DNA from: a bacterium
Lineage (GTDB): Bacteria > Patescibacteriota > Patescibacteriia > UBA2196
Direction: 5' to 3'
DNA length: 64,000 nt
Assembly (NCBI GenBank): GCA_035387885.1
Contig: DAOOOW010000003.1
Coordinates: forward strand, 3,498 to 67,497
In this document: in pieces, positions 46,666 through 57,163 of the stretch
How the letters are laid out: every line of letters begins with the position of its first letter
Numbering within the stretch: the stretch's first letter is position 1
Position numbers and translations under genes: made by a program
Notes under the pieces: model-generated
The model's input: the letters and a program-made list of their open reading frames with translations, nothing else
Database searches by the model: none
What the model was told of the DNA's origin: nothing

Positions 46666-47796
46666 ATGTCTTGGATTCAATACTTTAAATTATTACGCTT
46701 ATCAATTAAGCACCATTCCATCACCAAAAATAAATTTAAACATTGGTGGCAAAAAAAAATAGGTTTGTCGCAAAACTTTCCTAGTTTGGTGCGTTTTTTT
46801 CTTTTTTATGGTTGTAATTTACGATGTTTTATGTGTGGCCAGTGGGGAAAAACAGGTGTTTCTAAAACAGAAGAAGTTAAAAACTATTTACCAATAGAGA
46901 AATTAAAAACTTTAATTAATGAAATTGCGCCATATAAGTCAGAAATTTATATTTGGGGCGGGGAACCAACATTGCATCCGGATTTCGCGGAATTTATTAG
47001 TTATTTAAAAAATAAAAAATTAACTTGTACCATTAATACTAATGGAGTATTATTGGAAAGATATGCTGAAGAAATTGTAAAAAACAAAATTGATTCTTTG
47101 GATGTTTCTTTAATTGGTCCAGAGCAAATTCATAATAAAACTGTAGGAGTGCCTGATACTTTTAAACAAGTGCTTAAAGGATTAAAAAAGATCGAAGAAA
47201 AAAGATTGATATATAATTACAAACCCTTAATTAAAGCTATTATTACTATTAATTCTCTTAACATTGGAGAGATAGAGAGTTTGTTAAAGGAAATTGAAAA
47301 AAATTCTGCCATTGATTTGAGCATTATTCAATTAGGTTGGTTTACCACATCAAAAGTTGGAGAAATTTATGAAAAAAGAATGCAAAAAAGTTTTGATTTG
47401 GCAGCCAAAAGTTGGTCTGGTTTTTTAAATAGTTATGAAAAAAATTTTGCCTTGTCGGTGCAAAATTTAATCCAAAAAATTAGAGTTAATAAAGAATATA
47501 AAAAACCAATTCTTTTTTTCCCAAATATTAAAACCAAAGATGTGGCCAATTACTATTTAGATCACAGCAACAGTTTTGGTTATAAAAAATGTGGGGCTTT
47601 GGAAAGAGAAATTGATATTCGTCATAATGGTGATGTGGTGATTTGCGCGGATTTTCCAGATTATGTTATTGGAAATTTAAATGAAGAATCTATAAAAAAA
47701 ATTTGGCAGGGTGAAAAACTAAAAGAATTTCATGAAGATATTAAAAAAAATGGTCTTTTTTCAATTTGCAACCGCTGTTGTGGGTTGTTTAGGTAA
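46666..47796 (+). CDS. radical SAM protein with a Cys-rich C-terminal (SPASM/twitch-like) domain
   Basis: GCNLRCFMCG (CxxxCxxC) and a C-terminal CGALE...CADFP...CNRCCG. Confidence 0.65.
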   Translation: MSWIQYFKLLRLSIKHHSITKNKFKHWWQKKIGLSQNFPSLVRFFLFYGCNLRCFMCGQWGKTGVSKTEEVKNYLPIEKLKTLINEIAPYKSEIYIWGGEPTLHPDFAEFISYLKNKKLTCTINTNGVLLERYAEEIVKNKIDSLDVSLIGPEQIHNKTVGVPDTFKQVLKGLKKIEEKRLIYNYKPLIKAIITINSLNIGEIESLLKEIEKNSAIDLSIIQLGWFTTSKVGEIYEKRMQKSFDLAAKSWSGFLNSYEKNFALSVQNLIQKIRVNKEYKKPILFFPNIKTKDVANYYLDHSNSFGYKKCGALEREIDIRHNGDVVICADFPDYVIGNLNEESIKKIWQGEKLKEFHEDIKKNGLFSICNRCCGLFR

Positions 47797-47800
47797 GATA

Positions 47801-49270
47801 TTATAATGAACGACCGACAATCTTTTGCACTTCTTCTGGCGAAAGCTGCTCGGTTTTAACATAACACTTATTACCAGTAGCATACGTTAAAGTTGGATCG
47901 TAATCGGGCATAAGATAGTTGTTTTTAACACATAAATCATAAAGTTCTGTGTGGGGAAATGGTTGAAAAATAAATCTGATCACTCTATCGAAGTTAACCT
48001 CCTTGGCAAAACTTAAACTTTCTTCCATAGTTTTTACAGTTTCTCCTGGAATGCCAAAAATAAAAGCTCCTTCTGTAAAAATTCCTATTTTTTTACACAC
48101 GGCAACTATATCTTTAACCTTACTTAGATCAATATTTTTTTTAATAACATTATGCAATATATCAGAATTACCAGATTCAATACTCATTCTAATATAACTC
48201 ATGCCAGATTTTTTAAGCCATTCCAGAATTTCTTCATCAAGAGTCGGCACATATGATCCAGATGATGAAGAAAAAGTAATATTATAATTATTTTTAACAA
48301 TGCCCTGACAAATTTTTAAGACTCTTTCTTTGGAGGCATTAAAATTATCATCAACAAAATTGATATGTTTAGCACCACACTTTTTAACTAAATAATCAAT
48401 TTCTAATAACACACTTTCAGCAGAACGCATTCGCCAACGATGTCCCCAAATATTGTGAATTGCACAAAAGGTGCAGTGGTATGGACATCCCCGAGAAGTA
48501 ATTACTTCTGCTGCTGGCAATTTTTCCCTACCATGGCGATTATGTAAATAATAGTAAAAAAATGGCAAAAAAGGCAGGGAACTCATTTTTTCAGCTAAAA
48601 AAAGAACTATTTTTTCATTATTAAACATTTTTTTTAAACGCAAATAGAAAGCCCTGTACAAATTTTGTTTTGAATAATTATTACGAGAAGAGTAGTTTCT
48701 TTTAGGCAAAGGAAGTGTGTCGAGATTTTCTATAAAATTTCTTGGTTTATTAACAATAATTGATCCATTTTTTCTAAAAGCCAGACCATCAATTTTTTCT
48801 AAATTTTGACATTTGTTATCCATTAGTTCCTTCAAAGTTATCTCTCCTTCCCCATAAACAACCAGATTAATTTCTGAATTTTCTTTTAAAATTGCCCCCG
48901 GATCGGTCGACGGATGTGGTCCGCCAACAACAATCGTCACTTGTGTGTCTAATTGTCTAATAAGCTTTATAATTAAATTTATACTTTCGTTTTGTGTAGA
49001 AAATAACCAAGAAATACCAATAATATCTGGCTGGCTATTTTTAATTTTTTTTAATATTTTTTTAAGGCTTAAACCCTGAAACACCGTAGTCGGATATTCA
49101 TCATTTTCCCAATATTTATTCCACCCTTCGGCCACCGTATCTAAAATTTTCACTTCATGAAATGGTTCAATAAAAGCAGCCAAAGATTCAATACCTAAAG
49201 ATTCATTAATAAATCTTGGAAAATAAAATTTTTTTACAGCAAAAGGTGGTCGAATAAGCAAAATTTTCAT
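47801..49270 (-). CDS. B12-binding-domain radical SAM enzyme (class B)
   Basis: MKILLIRPPF N-terminus and ITSRGCPYHCTFC. Confidence 0.8.
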   Translation of the reverse strand: MKILLIRPPFAVKKFYFPRFINESLGIESLAAFIEPFHEVKILDTVAEGWNKYWENDEYPTTVFQGLSLKKILKKIKNSQPDIIGISWLFSTQNESINLIIKLIRQLDTQVTIVVGGPHPSTDPGAILKENSEINLVVYGEGEITLKELMDNKCQNLEKIDGLAFRKNGSIIVNKPRNFIENLDTLPLPKRNYSSRNNYSKQNLYRAFYLRLKKMFNNEKIVLFLAEKMSSLPFLPFFYYYLHNRHGREKLPAAEVITSRGCPYHCTFCAIHNIWGHRWRMRSAESVLLEIDYLVKKCGAKHINFVDDNFNASKERVLKICQGIVKNNYNITFSSSSGSYVPTLDEEILEWLKKSGMSYIRMSIESGNSDILHNVIKKNIDLSKVKDIVAVCKKIGIFTEGAFIFGIPGETVKTMEESLSFAKEVNFDRVIRFIFQPFPHTELYDLCVKNNYLMPDYDPTLTYATGNKCYVKTEQLSPEEVQKIVGRSL

Positions 49271-49299
49271 ACCTTAATTTAAATTAATTTTTATTTTAT

Positions 49300-51018
49300 A
49301 TGTTTTATTTTAACAAAAAAATAAAAGAAAATCAATTATTTAGAAAAAGCATATTTCCAGTTTTGCTTTTACTTTTTTTAATTTTAGCTATTGGTGTTTG
49401 GTATAGTCCAATCGTTTTTAAAGGTTATCCAGCCAATTCTTTGCCAGCCAATTTAATCTTGGCAAAAAATTTGGCTACTAACAATCTTTACGGTATGGAA
49501 AGCAAAATAGGAGTTGTTTTATCAAGTAACCTGCTTAATCAAGAAGCCACGGAGTCAAGTTTAGGAAACAAGTTAACCTCAATAATTTATAGTCAAATTT
49601 TTAAAAATTTCAGATTATTAAATATCAACAAACTATTATTTCTTTCTTGCTTTCTTTATGCTCTATCTCTTATTTTTTTCATGTTAACAGTTAAGAAAAT
49701 ATTTGATAAAAAAATATCCATATTTTTTGGATTGGTGTATATTTTTATACCCGTTCAATGGGCTTTGCCCTTATCCCATTTTATTAGCTATGAATTTGCA
49801 ACTTTGTTTTTTTCTGTTTTTATTTTTTTATATTTTACTGGTTTGGGAAAAAAGAAAGAAAAAATTTATTTAATTAGCTCTGGAGTTTTTTTAGCTCTAT
49901 CTGCTATGGCCAAAGAAGTTTTTCTGTTATTCATACCAGTCTTTATTATCTATTTATTTATCATTAAAAAACGTCGGGAATTAATCTATTTTACTGGCGC
50001 TCTCATTGTACTTTTAGGTGTCTTTTGGTTACCAAATTTGTTTAACAATGTCTATTTTGGGCACTTAAACGACAAACTTCAAGAGACAACCATGAGCAAG
50101 GACTTTGAAATATATGGTGAATTTTTTGCTGATCCTTATTCTTATTATTTTCAAAAAGATGAAATATTAGCTAATGTTAAAATTGAAAAAAGTTTTAATC
50201 CTTTAAAACAATTACAACCAATTAAACTCCTATCTAATGTTGGTATTCGTACTCCCAGTATTTATGAACGGTTATTTATTGGAACATTTTTATTTTTCAA
50301 ACAAAATTTTAAAATATTATCTTTAGAACAAACAGGCGGGCCGCTAATTTTTATCATTTTTCTCGGTGGTGTGCTCTATTTATGGAAACAAGAAAGAGAA
50401 AAAATACTTTTTTTTATTGGTTGGATTTTAGGTATGTCGTTGATGCTTTCCTATATTGTATTGGGGAGTCGTTCACATCTTATGGATATTATTTTCCCCA
50501 TTTGTCTTTTGATTGCTTTGGGTATTAACAATCTATTTGTAATGATTGAACAAAATATTCTTATTAAGAAAAAAATATTAATCGTCTTAGAAACAACTAT
50601 TTTATTGTTAATAGTATACAATTTTGTTCAAACCAGTCATCTAACTTTAAACAGACTCTATAGTAATCCAATTGTTCTAAAAATAGAAGCTTACGCTAAA
50701 ATAATTCAAACCAAAAACAATATTTCCGATAATGATGTTATTGCGGTTAACGATAGGCAAGAGGCGTATCAGTTAAATTACATGACAAACAAATCTTTGG
50801 TTATTTTTAAAGATCAAACTTTAGAGAAACTACTGGTTGATAATAAACTACAGACAGTATTTGATCAATATAATGTCCGTTATCTTATTGGTTATAACAA
50901 AGAATTATCAGAAAAAATTATTAAAACAACAAATGTAACCATTTTATCAGAAGATATATCAGCATCAGAGCCAGAACCTTCTAATGTTAAAAAACAATTT
51001 TTAAACTTTTTTAGATAA
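49300..51018 (+). CDS. polytopic membrane protein, probable GT-C glycosyltransferase (ArnT/PMT-like)
   Basis: 572 aa with more than 10 hydrophobic segments, in glycan-locus context. Confidence 0.4.
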   Translation: MFYFNKKIKENQLFRKSIFPVLLLLFLILAIGVWYSPIVFKGYPANSLPANLILAKNLATNNLYGMESKIGVVLSSNLLNQEATESSLGNKLTSIIYSQIFKNFRLLNINKLLFLSCFLYALSLIFFMLTVKKIFDKKISIFFGLVYIFIPVQWALPLSHFISYEFATLFFSVFIFLYFTGLGKKKEKIYLISSGVFLALSAMAKEVFLLFIPVFIIYLFIIKKRRELIYFTGALIVLLGVFWLPNLFNNVYFGHLNDKLQETTMSKDFEIYGEFFADPYSYYFQKDEILANVKIEKSFNPLKQLQPIKLLSNVGIRTPSIYERLFIGTFLFFKQNFKILSLEQTGGPLIFIIFLGGVLYLWKQEREKILFFIGWILGMSLMLSYIVLGSRSHLMDIIFPICLLIALGINNLFVMIEQNILIKKKILIVLETTILLLIVYNFVQTSHLTLNRLYSNPIVLKIEAYAKIIQTKNNISDNDVIAVNDRQEAYQLNYMTNKSLVIFKDQTLEKLLVDNKLQTVFDQYNVRYLIGYNKELSEKIIKTTNVTILSEDISASEPEPSNVKKQFLNFFR

Positions 51019-51966
51019 TGTTTTAAAATTTATAGGATTAAAAATCCAATAAAAAAATCCAATAATTGCCGCAGAAAAAACTGTAAATAATTGTAAAATA
51101 CCCAAAGCGGTTGCTTTTTCTGGCGAGAGATTAATTAAGCCAAAAAAGAAAATGAATACCGCTTCGCGCGTTCCCAGACCGTTAAAACTTATTGGCAACA
51201 GATCAGTTGCGTTCGCCACAGCAATCATCGGAATTAAATAAAAAATATTTAATCGCAGTCCCAAAGCTAAACTTAAAAAATAAATTTGTACTAAATAAAC
51301 CAACCAGGCTAAAAAAGTTGCTCCAAATCCTAATAAATAATTTTTATAATTATATTTTTTAAAGTTATCTTTAAAATCCTGTAAATGTATAAAGATATTT
51401 TCGTGATGTTTTTGTGGCACAAAAAAATAAATTAATTTAAGATATATCTTTGTTTTTAAAATGAAATAAAATAAGATAACACAAATTAAAATTATTAAGC
51501 ACAAATAAATGATTTCACTAAAAAATATTTGAATAAAAATTAAAAAACCAATTAAAATTAAAAAAATAAGGAAAAGAAAATCAAAAATTCTATCAATTAT
51601 AATGGTAACTAAAGATTTATTGATAGAATGGCCATCGTTTTGTAAATAAAATATCTTAACAATTTCTCCTATTTTACCCGGGGTTGCTAGACTTAAAAAA
51701 GATGCCACTGAATAGAATGAAAAAGATTTTTTAAACGAATATTCTATTTCTTGTTTTTTCATCAACATTTTCCAACGCCAAGCTTTAAAACCTAATAATA
51801 AAAAAGTCAAAAAAAATACAGGCACCAGGTACCAATAATTTACTTTTTTAAAAATATTAAAAAGAATTTTTACATCAACTAAATAAAAAATAATAAATAA
51901 AAAAATTAAACAACCTATTATGGGGAGTAAAATATTTTTTATTTTTTTTTTAATTTTAATTTTCAC
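51001..51966 (-). CDS. flippase-like / lysylphosphatidylglycerol-synthase-TM-region family membrane protein (UPF0104)
   Basis: KVNYWYLVPVFFLTFLLLGFKAWRWKML signature. Eight TM segments. Confidence 0.6.
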   Translation of the reverse strand: MKIKIKKKIKNILLPIIGCLIFLFIIFYLVDVKILFNIFKKVNYWYLVPVFFLTFLLLGFKAWRWKMLMKKQEIEYSFKKSFSFYSVASFLSLATPGKIGEIVKIFYLQNDGHSINKSLVTIIIDRIFDFLFLIFLILIGFLIFIQIFFSEIIYLCLIILICVILFYFILKTKIYLKLIYFFVPQKHHENIFIHLQDFKDNFKKYNYKNYLLGFGATFLAWLVYLVQIYFLSLALGLRLNIFYLIPMIAVANATDLLPISFNGLGTREAVFIFFFGLINLSPEKATALGILQLFTVFSAAIIGFFYWIFNPINFKTLSKKV

Positions 51967-51973
51967 AATACTT

Positions 51974-53386
51974 TTAAACTTTTAATAATTTTAACGCCAT
52001 TATAGATTTTGTTATTAATTCTTTAAACGATTTAATTTTTAATAATCTTCTTAATATATAATTGGGTCTAAAATAAAACGATCTATAAGCTCTTTGTAAC
52101 ATTTTGACTAATTCTTCTTTAGTTAGATTTTCCTCCCAAACTTGGGCTTCAAAATCGCAGGTTGGATTCTTGGCAAATTCTTTCCAATAATCATTTTTAA
52201 TAATCCCTTGATCTAATCCCATTAAATAGAGCTCGGTTGCAGGATAAGGTGTTGTAATTGTAAAATGAGCATAATCTGGTTGCATTTTTTTTGCTATCTT
52301 AATGGTTTTTAAAATATCCTCTTTAGTTTCTGTAGGTGAACCCATCATAAAATACCCCAGAGTTTGTATACCAGCTTTCCTAGCCAATTTAAAAGCCTTT
52401 TTTGCCATATCTAATGTAATACCCTTACGCAAGACTTTTAATATTTTTTCTGTTCCAGCTTCTACACCAAAATGAATTCTTTGACAACCAGCATCTTTTA
52501 AAATTGCTAAAATTTCTTCGTCAACGGTATTAACCCTTGTTCTTATATCCCAGCTAATATCTATTTTTTTTTCTTTAATTAATTTGCATATATCCAACAC
52601 TCTTTGCCTGTCTACAGCAAAAGTATCATCATAAATAAATATTTCTTTAATACCCAACTTAACACATTCTTCCAATTCGCTAACCACACTCTTGGCAGAG
52701 CGGGCACGAAAATTTTTACCTAAATGTGGCCTGTCACAAAAAAGACATTTATAAGGACAACCCCGACTAGTAAACATGGTCGTCACAGGAAATTTTGTAG
52801 CCATGCTTGATGAATATTTTTTATAAGGTGTCAATTCTCTGGCTGGGAAAGGTAACTCATCTAAGTTTTGAATTAAATCTCTTATCCCGACATTAACTAT
52901 ATTTCCATCATTTTTAAAAACCAAATTACTTATATTCTGCCATTCTTTAGGATTGTCTAAATTATCTATCAGCTCTTTAAATGCTTTTTCTCCCTCCCCA
53001 AGTACGCAAAAATCTACTCCCGGTAAATTTATTGTCTCTTCTGGAAAAATGTGTGGGTGCGGGCCACCCAAAACAATTTTTGCATTTGGTTTGATCGATT
53101 TAACTGTTTTTATTGTTTCTAAAACATCCAACAACGTAAAAGTCATGGTTGTAATGCCAACCACTTCTGGATTTTCCTTTTCAACATAATCTTTTATTTG
53201 TTCTAAATTAATTTTTTCAACCTGGCAATCTAAAATTTGAACATCATAATTTGATTCTCTTTTTAAATAACCAGCTAAATACATTAAACCAAGTGGTGGC
53301 ATTGGATCTTCATCTGATAAAAGAACCTCTGGCAAACTTGGATCAATTACATGAGAAATTGGTGGATTGATAAGTAATATTTTCAT
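51974..53386 (-). CDS. B12-binding-domain radical SAM enzyme (class B)
   Basis: MKILLINPP N-terminus and FTSRGCPYKCLFC. Confidence 0.8.
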   Translation of the reverse strand: MKILLINPPISHVIDPSLPEVLLSDEDPMPPLGLMYLAGYLKRESNYDVQILDCQVEKINLEQIKDYVEKENPEVVGITTMTFTLLDVLETIKTVKSIKPNAKIVLGGPHPHIFPEETINLPGVDFCVLGEGEKAFKELIDNLDNPKEWQNISNLVFKNDGNIVNVGIRDLIQNLDELPFPARELTPYKKYSSSMATKFPVTTMFTSRGCPYKCLFCDRPHLGKNFRARSAKSVVSELEECVKLGIKEIFIYDDTFAVDRQRVLDICKLIKEKKIDISWDIRTRVNTVDEEILAILKDAGCQRIHFGVEAGTEKILKVLRKGITLDMAKKAFKLARKAGIQTLGYFMMGSPTETKEDILKTIKIAKKMQPDYAHFTITTPYPATELYLMGLDQGIIKNDYWKEFAKNPTCDFEAQVWEENLTKEELVKMLQRAYRSFYFRPNYILRRLLKIKSFKELITKSIMALKLLKV

Positions 53387-53391
53387 ATATC

Positions 53392-55290
53392 TTAATAAGT
53401 TTTAGGAGCGTTATTTATTGTTTTTATTGTTTCATTAAAATCTAAACCAACTGTTTCGCAATACCATTGTAATCCATTAGGACGTGGTTTGTTTTCCTCT
53501 TTTACTAATTCCAAAGCCTCTGCGCGTGTTATCAAACCTTCACGAATTTGATTACTACGAAAAGTATCATTTTCAGTAAAACCAGCCATAGTGTAGTAAA
53601 TATAATTATAAAAAGGCGCTGTGCCATCTCCAATTCTCCAAGTGGAATTTGTATCAGGGGCGAGTTCCCAATTATATTCATTTTTTAAAATTTGATTAAT
53701 TTCCTTTTCATTCCATTTGACATAGTTAAATAAATTTAAATAATCATGTGGAAAAATATAACAAGAAATATAAGCCCCGATAGTATCAATCAAAGATGTA
53801 TTTAAATAGCTTGGATTAATCATATATTGTTTTAAATAATGACCAATCATTTTCAATTGATTAAAAAAATTTAATCCATAAAATAACCCTTTTTCTTTGC
53901 CAGGTTTAACACTGGCAAAAAGGGTTTTGAAATTTGTTTTTTCTAAATGATTTTCGCCAAGTATTAATAAATCCAAATTCATCTGCTTTTTAAGTTTATA
54001 AGCATGATAAAAATATTGCTTATCACCAGCCATAAAAAGTGGTACTACACCTAAATCTGGTTTTTTAAGCCAAGCTAAAACATTTTTTCTAATATTCTCG
54101 CGTTTCTTTTTAATATCGGCTGAAATAATTATCTGTTCCACACCCAGTTTAGCACAAAGTTTTGCCTGATTACGTCTGGCTAAGTCAGTTACCATGCCCC
54201 AGTCATAAGAAAAAACTACGGGATTCAATTTTAAAATATTTTTAACATAATGCAAAGCAAAAGAACTATCTCTTCCTCCACTAAAAGCAATTAAACAGTT
54301 GGGTTGTCGTCCAATCACAACTTTTTTTTCTAATTCTTGTTTCATAAGTTCTTCTGGTAAAACACTGTTTTTTTTATAATCTCTACAAAAATTACAAACT
54401 CCTTCACCATCAAATTCAATCCCTGGAAAAGACTCTGGCAAAATACACTTTGAGCACCTCTTAAGGTGTTCATTCAAATCATATTTTAACAAACTAAAAT
54501 CAGGACTTATTTTTTTGTTATTAAAGGGTTGCCCGGATATTTCTAATTCGCCTCTAAAAATAATATCTTTTTTGTTTTGCAAATCTAAATTTATTATTCT
54601 TTTTTCATAAGGTTTAATTTGCTCCAAAGTTTCTCGAACTAAAAAACTATTTTTTTTAATTATTTGTTCTAAAATATATTTTTCTGAGGCAAAAACCATG
54701 ATCTTTCTACTTTTATCAAAACAAATATAAATAGAACCTGTGTTAGTCGTTAATAATAAATAGGGAAGCGAATCAAATAAAATAGCCGTGGAAATCGTGC
54801 CCTCCACCTCTAAAAAAACTTTATCAATGGCTGTTTCAAGATTGTCTCCGGTTATCAGATATTTTTTTAATAAAAATAATACTATTTCAGTGTCCACTTC
54901 ATACATTCTATTTAATTCACCAAATTTCTGCCACAACAAATCAACATTGGTGACAATACCGTTATGCACCCCCACCAAACTATCTTTAACCACTGGTTGA
55001 TTATTAGTATTGTCAGCCAAATCCAAACCATTAGTAGCTAATCGCGTGTGTCCAATTAAACAATTGATATTTTTTAAGGTAAATAATTGTTTATATTTTT
55101 TTTCTTTAAGTAATTTTCTGGCTTTAATTGGTTTTTTATAAACATAAATTTTATCGCTCATTAACGCAATTCCGGAAGCTTCTTTACCGCGAGATTCTGA
55201 TAATTTAAACAACTCGTCAGTTAATTGACGAATTTTTTTATTGGAAATATTACAACCTTGGTGAATTGTTATACCAAAAATTCCACACAT
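53392..55290 (-). CDS. Ntn-glutamine amidotransferase fused to a PP-loop N-acetyl-sugar amidotransferase (asparagine-synthetase-like; WbpG/LfnA-type)
   Basis: MCGIFGI N-terminal nucleophile, a CSKC...CNFC Zn-ribbon, and an SGGRDSS PP-loop. Confidence 0.7.
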   Translation of the reverse strand: MCGIFGITIHQGCNISNKKIRQLTDELFKLSESRGKEASGIALMSDKIYVYKKPIKARKLLKEKKYKQLFTLKNINCLIGHTRLATNGLDLADNTNNQPVVKDSLVGVHNGIVTNVDLLWQKFGELNRMYEVDTEIVLFLLKKYLITGDNLETAIDKVFLEVEGTISTAILFDSLPYLLLTTNTGSIYICFDKSRKIMVFASEKYILEQIIKKNSFLVRETLEQIKPYEKRIINLDLQNKKDIIFRGELEISGQPFNNKKISPDFSLLKYDLNEHLKRCSKCILPESFPGIEFDGEGVCNFCRDYKKNSVLPEELMKQELEKKVVIGRQPNCLIAFSGGRDSSFALHYVKNILKLNPVVFSYDWGMVTDLARRNQAKLCAKLGVEQIIISADIKKKRENIRKNVLAWLKKPDLGVVPLFMAGDKQYFYHAYKLKKQMNLDLLILGENHLEKTNFKTLFASVKPGKEKGLFYGLNFFNQLKMIGHYLKQYMINPSYLNTSLIDTIGAYISCYIFPHDYLNLFNYVKWNEKEINQILKNEYNWELAPDTNSTWRIGDGTAPFYNYIYYTMAGFTENDTFRSNQIREGLITRAEALELVKEENKPRPNGLQWYCETVGLDFNETIKTINNAPKTY

Positions 55291-55293
55291 ACA

Positions 55294-56160
55294 TTAATTC
55301 TTTAAACTAATTTCTCTTCTTAAAGCTGCAATTTGATCAGCAATCAACCCAAACAAAAATATTAAAATAGAAGTAATTAAAATAAAAATAGTGCCTTCTG
55401 AAATATTTACCATAGTTAAATCATAAATCAAATAGATCAAGCCCACTCCAAACAAAAACCCGCTCACCGGTAAAAATATACGCAAAGGAGAAAAAAGCAT
55501 CACTAAACGAAAAATTAACATTAAATAAACAAAAGCCTGACGTGGTTTAACCATGCTTTTACCGCCAGCCCGTTTATTAATAGTTAGAGGCACAAATTTA
55601 ATATTTAATTTTTCTTTTAAAAAAGCAAAGACTGTAGTTGTGGAAATAGAAAAACCATCGGGAAAAAGATGGCTGAATCTTAAAAATTCATGTTTTTTAA
55701 CTAAACGAAAACCACAATTAACATCATTAATTTTTATTTTAAATAAATATTTAACTAGCCAATTGATAAATCTTTTACCAGGTTGACGAATCCAGGGTCC
55801 TTTATAGCCAATTCTTTCACCAGACACCAAATCAAAATTTTGGGTGTATGGTAAAAAATCTTTTAAATATTCTGGTTTATGCTGACCATCAGCATCATAA
55901 AACATCAGCCAATCATAAACAGCTTGTTTGGCGCCTGTTTTTAAGGCTGCCCCATAACCCTTATTGTATGGCTGGGTAATAATTTTTATATTTTCAATAG
56001 TTTTTAAAATTTCAGCTGTGGCATCTGTCGAGCAATCATTAATAACTAAAATTTCATAATTAGTTAAATTTAAATTAAGCAGTTCGTTTTGTAAACCGCT
56101 GATAACACTTTTTATGGTTTCTGCTTCGTTAAAAACAGGTATTAAAATAGATAAATTCAT
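55294..56160 (-). CDS. GT2 polyprenyl-phosphate glycosyltransferase (GtrB-like, two C-terminal TM segments)
   Basis: ILIPVFNEAETI...VINDCSTDAT...YDADGQH. Confidence 0.8.
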   Translation of the reverse strand: MNLSILIPVFNEAETIKSVISGLQNELLNLNLTNYEILVINDCSTDATAEILKTIENIKIITQPYNKGYGAALKTGAKQAVYDWLMFYDADGQHKPEYLKDFLPYTQNFDLVSGERIGYKGPWIRQPGKRFINWLVKYLFKIKINDVNCGFRLVKKHEFLRFSHLFPDGFSISTTTVFAFLKEKLNIKFVPLTINKRAGGKSMVKPRQAFVYLMLIFRLVMLFSPLRIFLPVSGFLFGVGLIYLIYDLTMVNISEGTIFILITSILIFLFGLIADQIAALRREISLKN

Positions 56161-56221
56161 ACATCTAATTTAAACATAATTTACTAATTTTAGCAAACTT
56201 GATTCTAATTTTAAATATGTT

Positions 56222-57117
56222 AACATATTGACATATGAAAAATACTAAAATTCTTTTAATTGTGCCACCAAACAGTCTGGAAGAACGTTATGGCAAGCTT
56301 AAATGATTTTGGTAAAAACCGCCAAATGTGTGTGCACATTACCCTGTTCTTGTCACAAAACTTTTGGCAGAAGTTATCGTTTTATGAGCACCGCTCGAGT
56401 AATTGAGGAAATAAAATATTTAATTAAAAATTATCAAATTGATGGCTTGCATTTTTATGACGACACTTTAACCGTTAATAAGCCACGGATTATTGAGCTG
56501 TGCAACCAAATGATTGAAGAAAAAATTAATTTGCCTTGGGCTTGTTTTACTCGAGTTGATTGTGTGGATGAAGAAATTTTAAAAAAAATGGCCGAGGCTA
56601 ATTGTTATCAAATTTTTTATGGGGTTGAAGCTGGCAATCAAAGAATGCTTGATGTGATGAACAAGGGGATTACTATTGAACAAATAAAAAAAGCTTTTGC
56701 TTTAACGAGAAAATATAAAATTGAAGCTCTGGCTAGTTTTATTATTGGCGTACCCACCGAAACTCTTGAAGACACTAAAGAATCTTTAAAATTTGCCAAA
56801 GAAATTAAAGCAGATTTTGCTCATTGGGAAATTTATACTCCGCATCCCGGCACTATTTATATAATATTGCTATTGAGCATGGGGATCTTTTGACCAAGGA
56901 TTTAAATAAATACAGCCCTTGGAGCGATGAACCAGTTTATGCGGCTCATGGCCGCACGGTTGAAGAATTAAAGAAAACCAAAGAACTTGTTTATCGTTCA
57001 TTTTATATGCGCCCACTTTTTATTTTAAAAAGATTGCGCAACCTTCTTCGTCTACCACCGGGAAGAATTTTAAAATTAATTCATAGTGGCTTAGTAATGA
57101 CCTTTAGTAAAAATTAA
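56222..57117 (+). pseudogene. decayed B12-binding radical SAM paralog (internal deletion, damaged Cys motif, frameshift)
   Basis: MKNTKILLIVPP start, then a stop after about 23 codons. The B12 domain is absent. CTLPCSC is CxxxCxC instead of CxxxCxxC. A frame switch near 56865 joins YTPHPGT to LYNIAIEHGDLL...YRSFYMRPLFILKRL, which matches the intact paralog at 51974..53386 (ORF end) to (ORF start). Confidence 0.65.
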
Positions 57118-57126
57118 AACAATTAA

Positions 57127-57160
57127 AAAAACCGTTCCGCAGTCGCGAAACGGTTTTTGG
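57127..57160. terminator. bidirectional rho-independent terminator
   Basis: aaaccgtt...aacggttt with an A-run 5' and a T-run 3'. Confidence 0.6.
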
Positions 57161-57163
57161 CGT

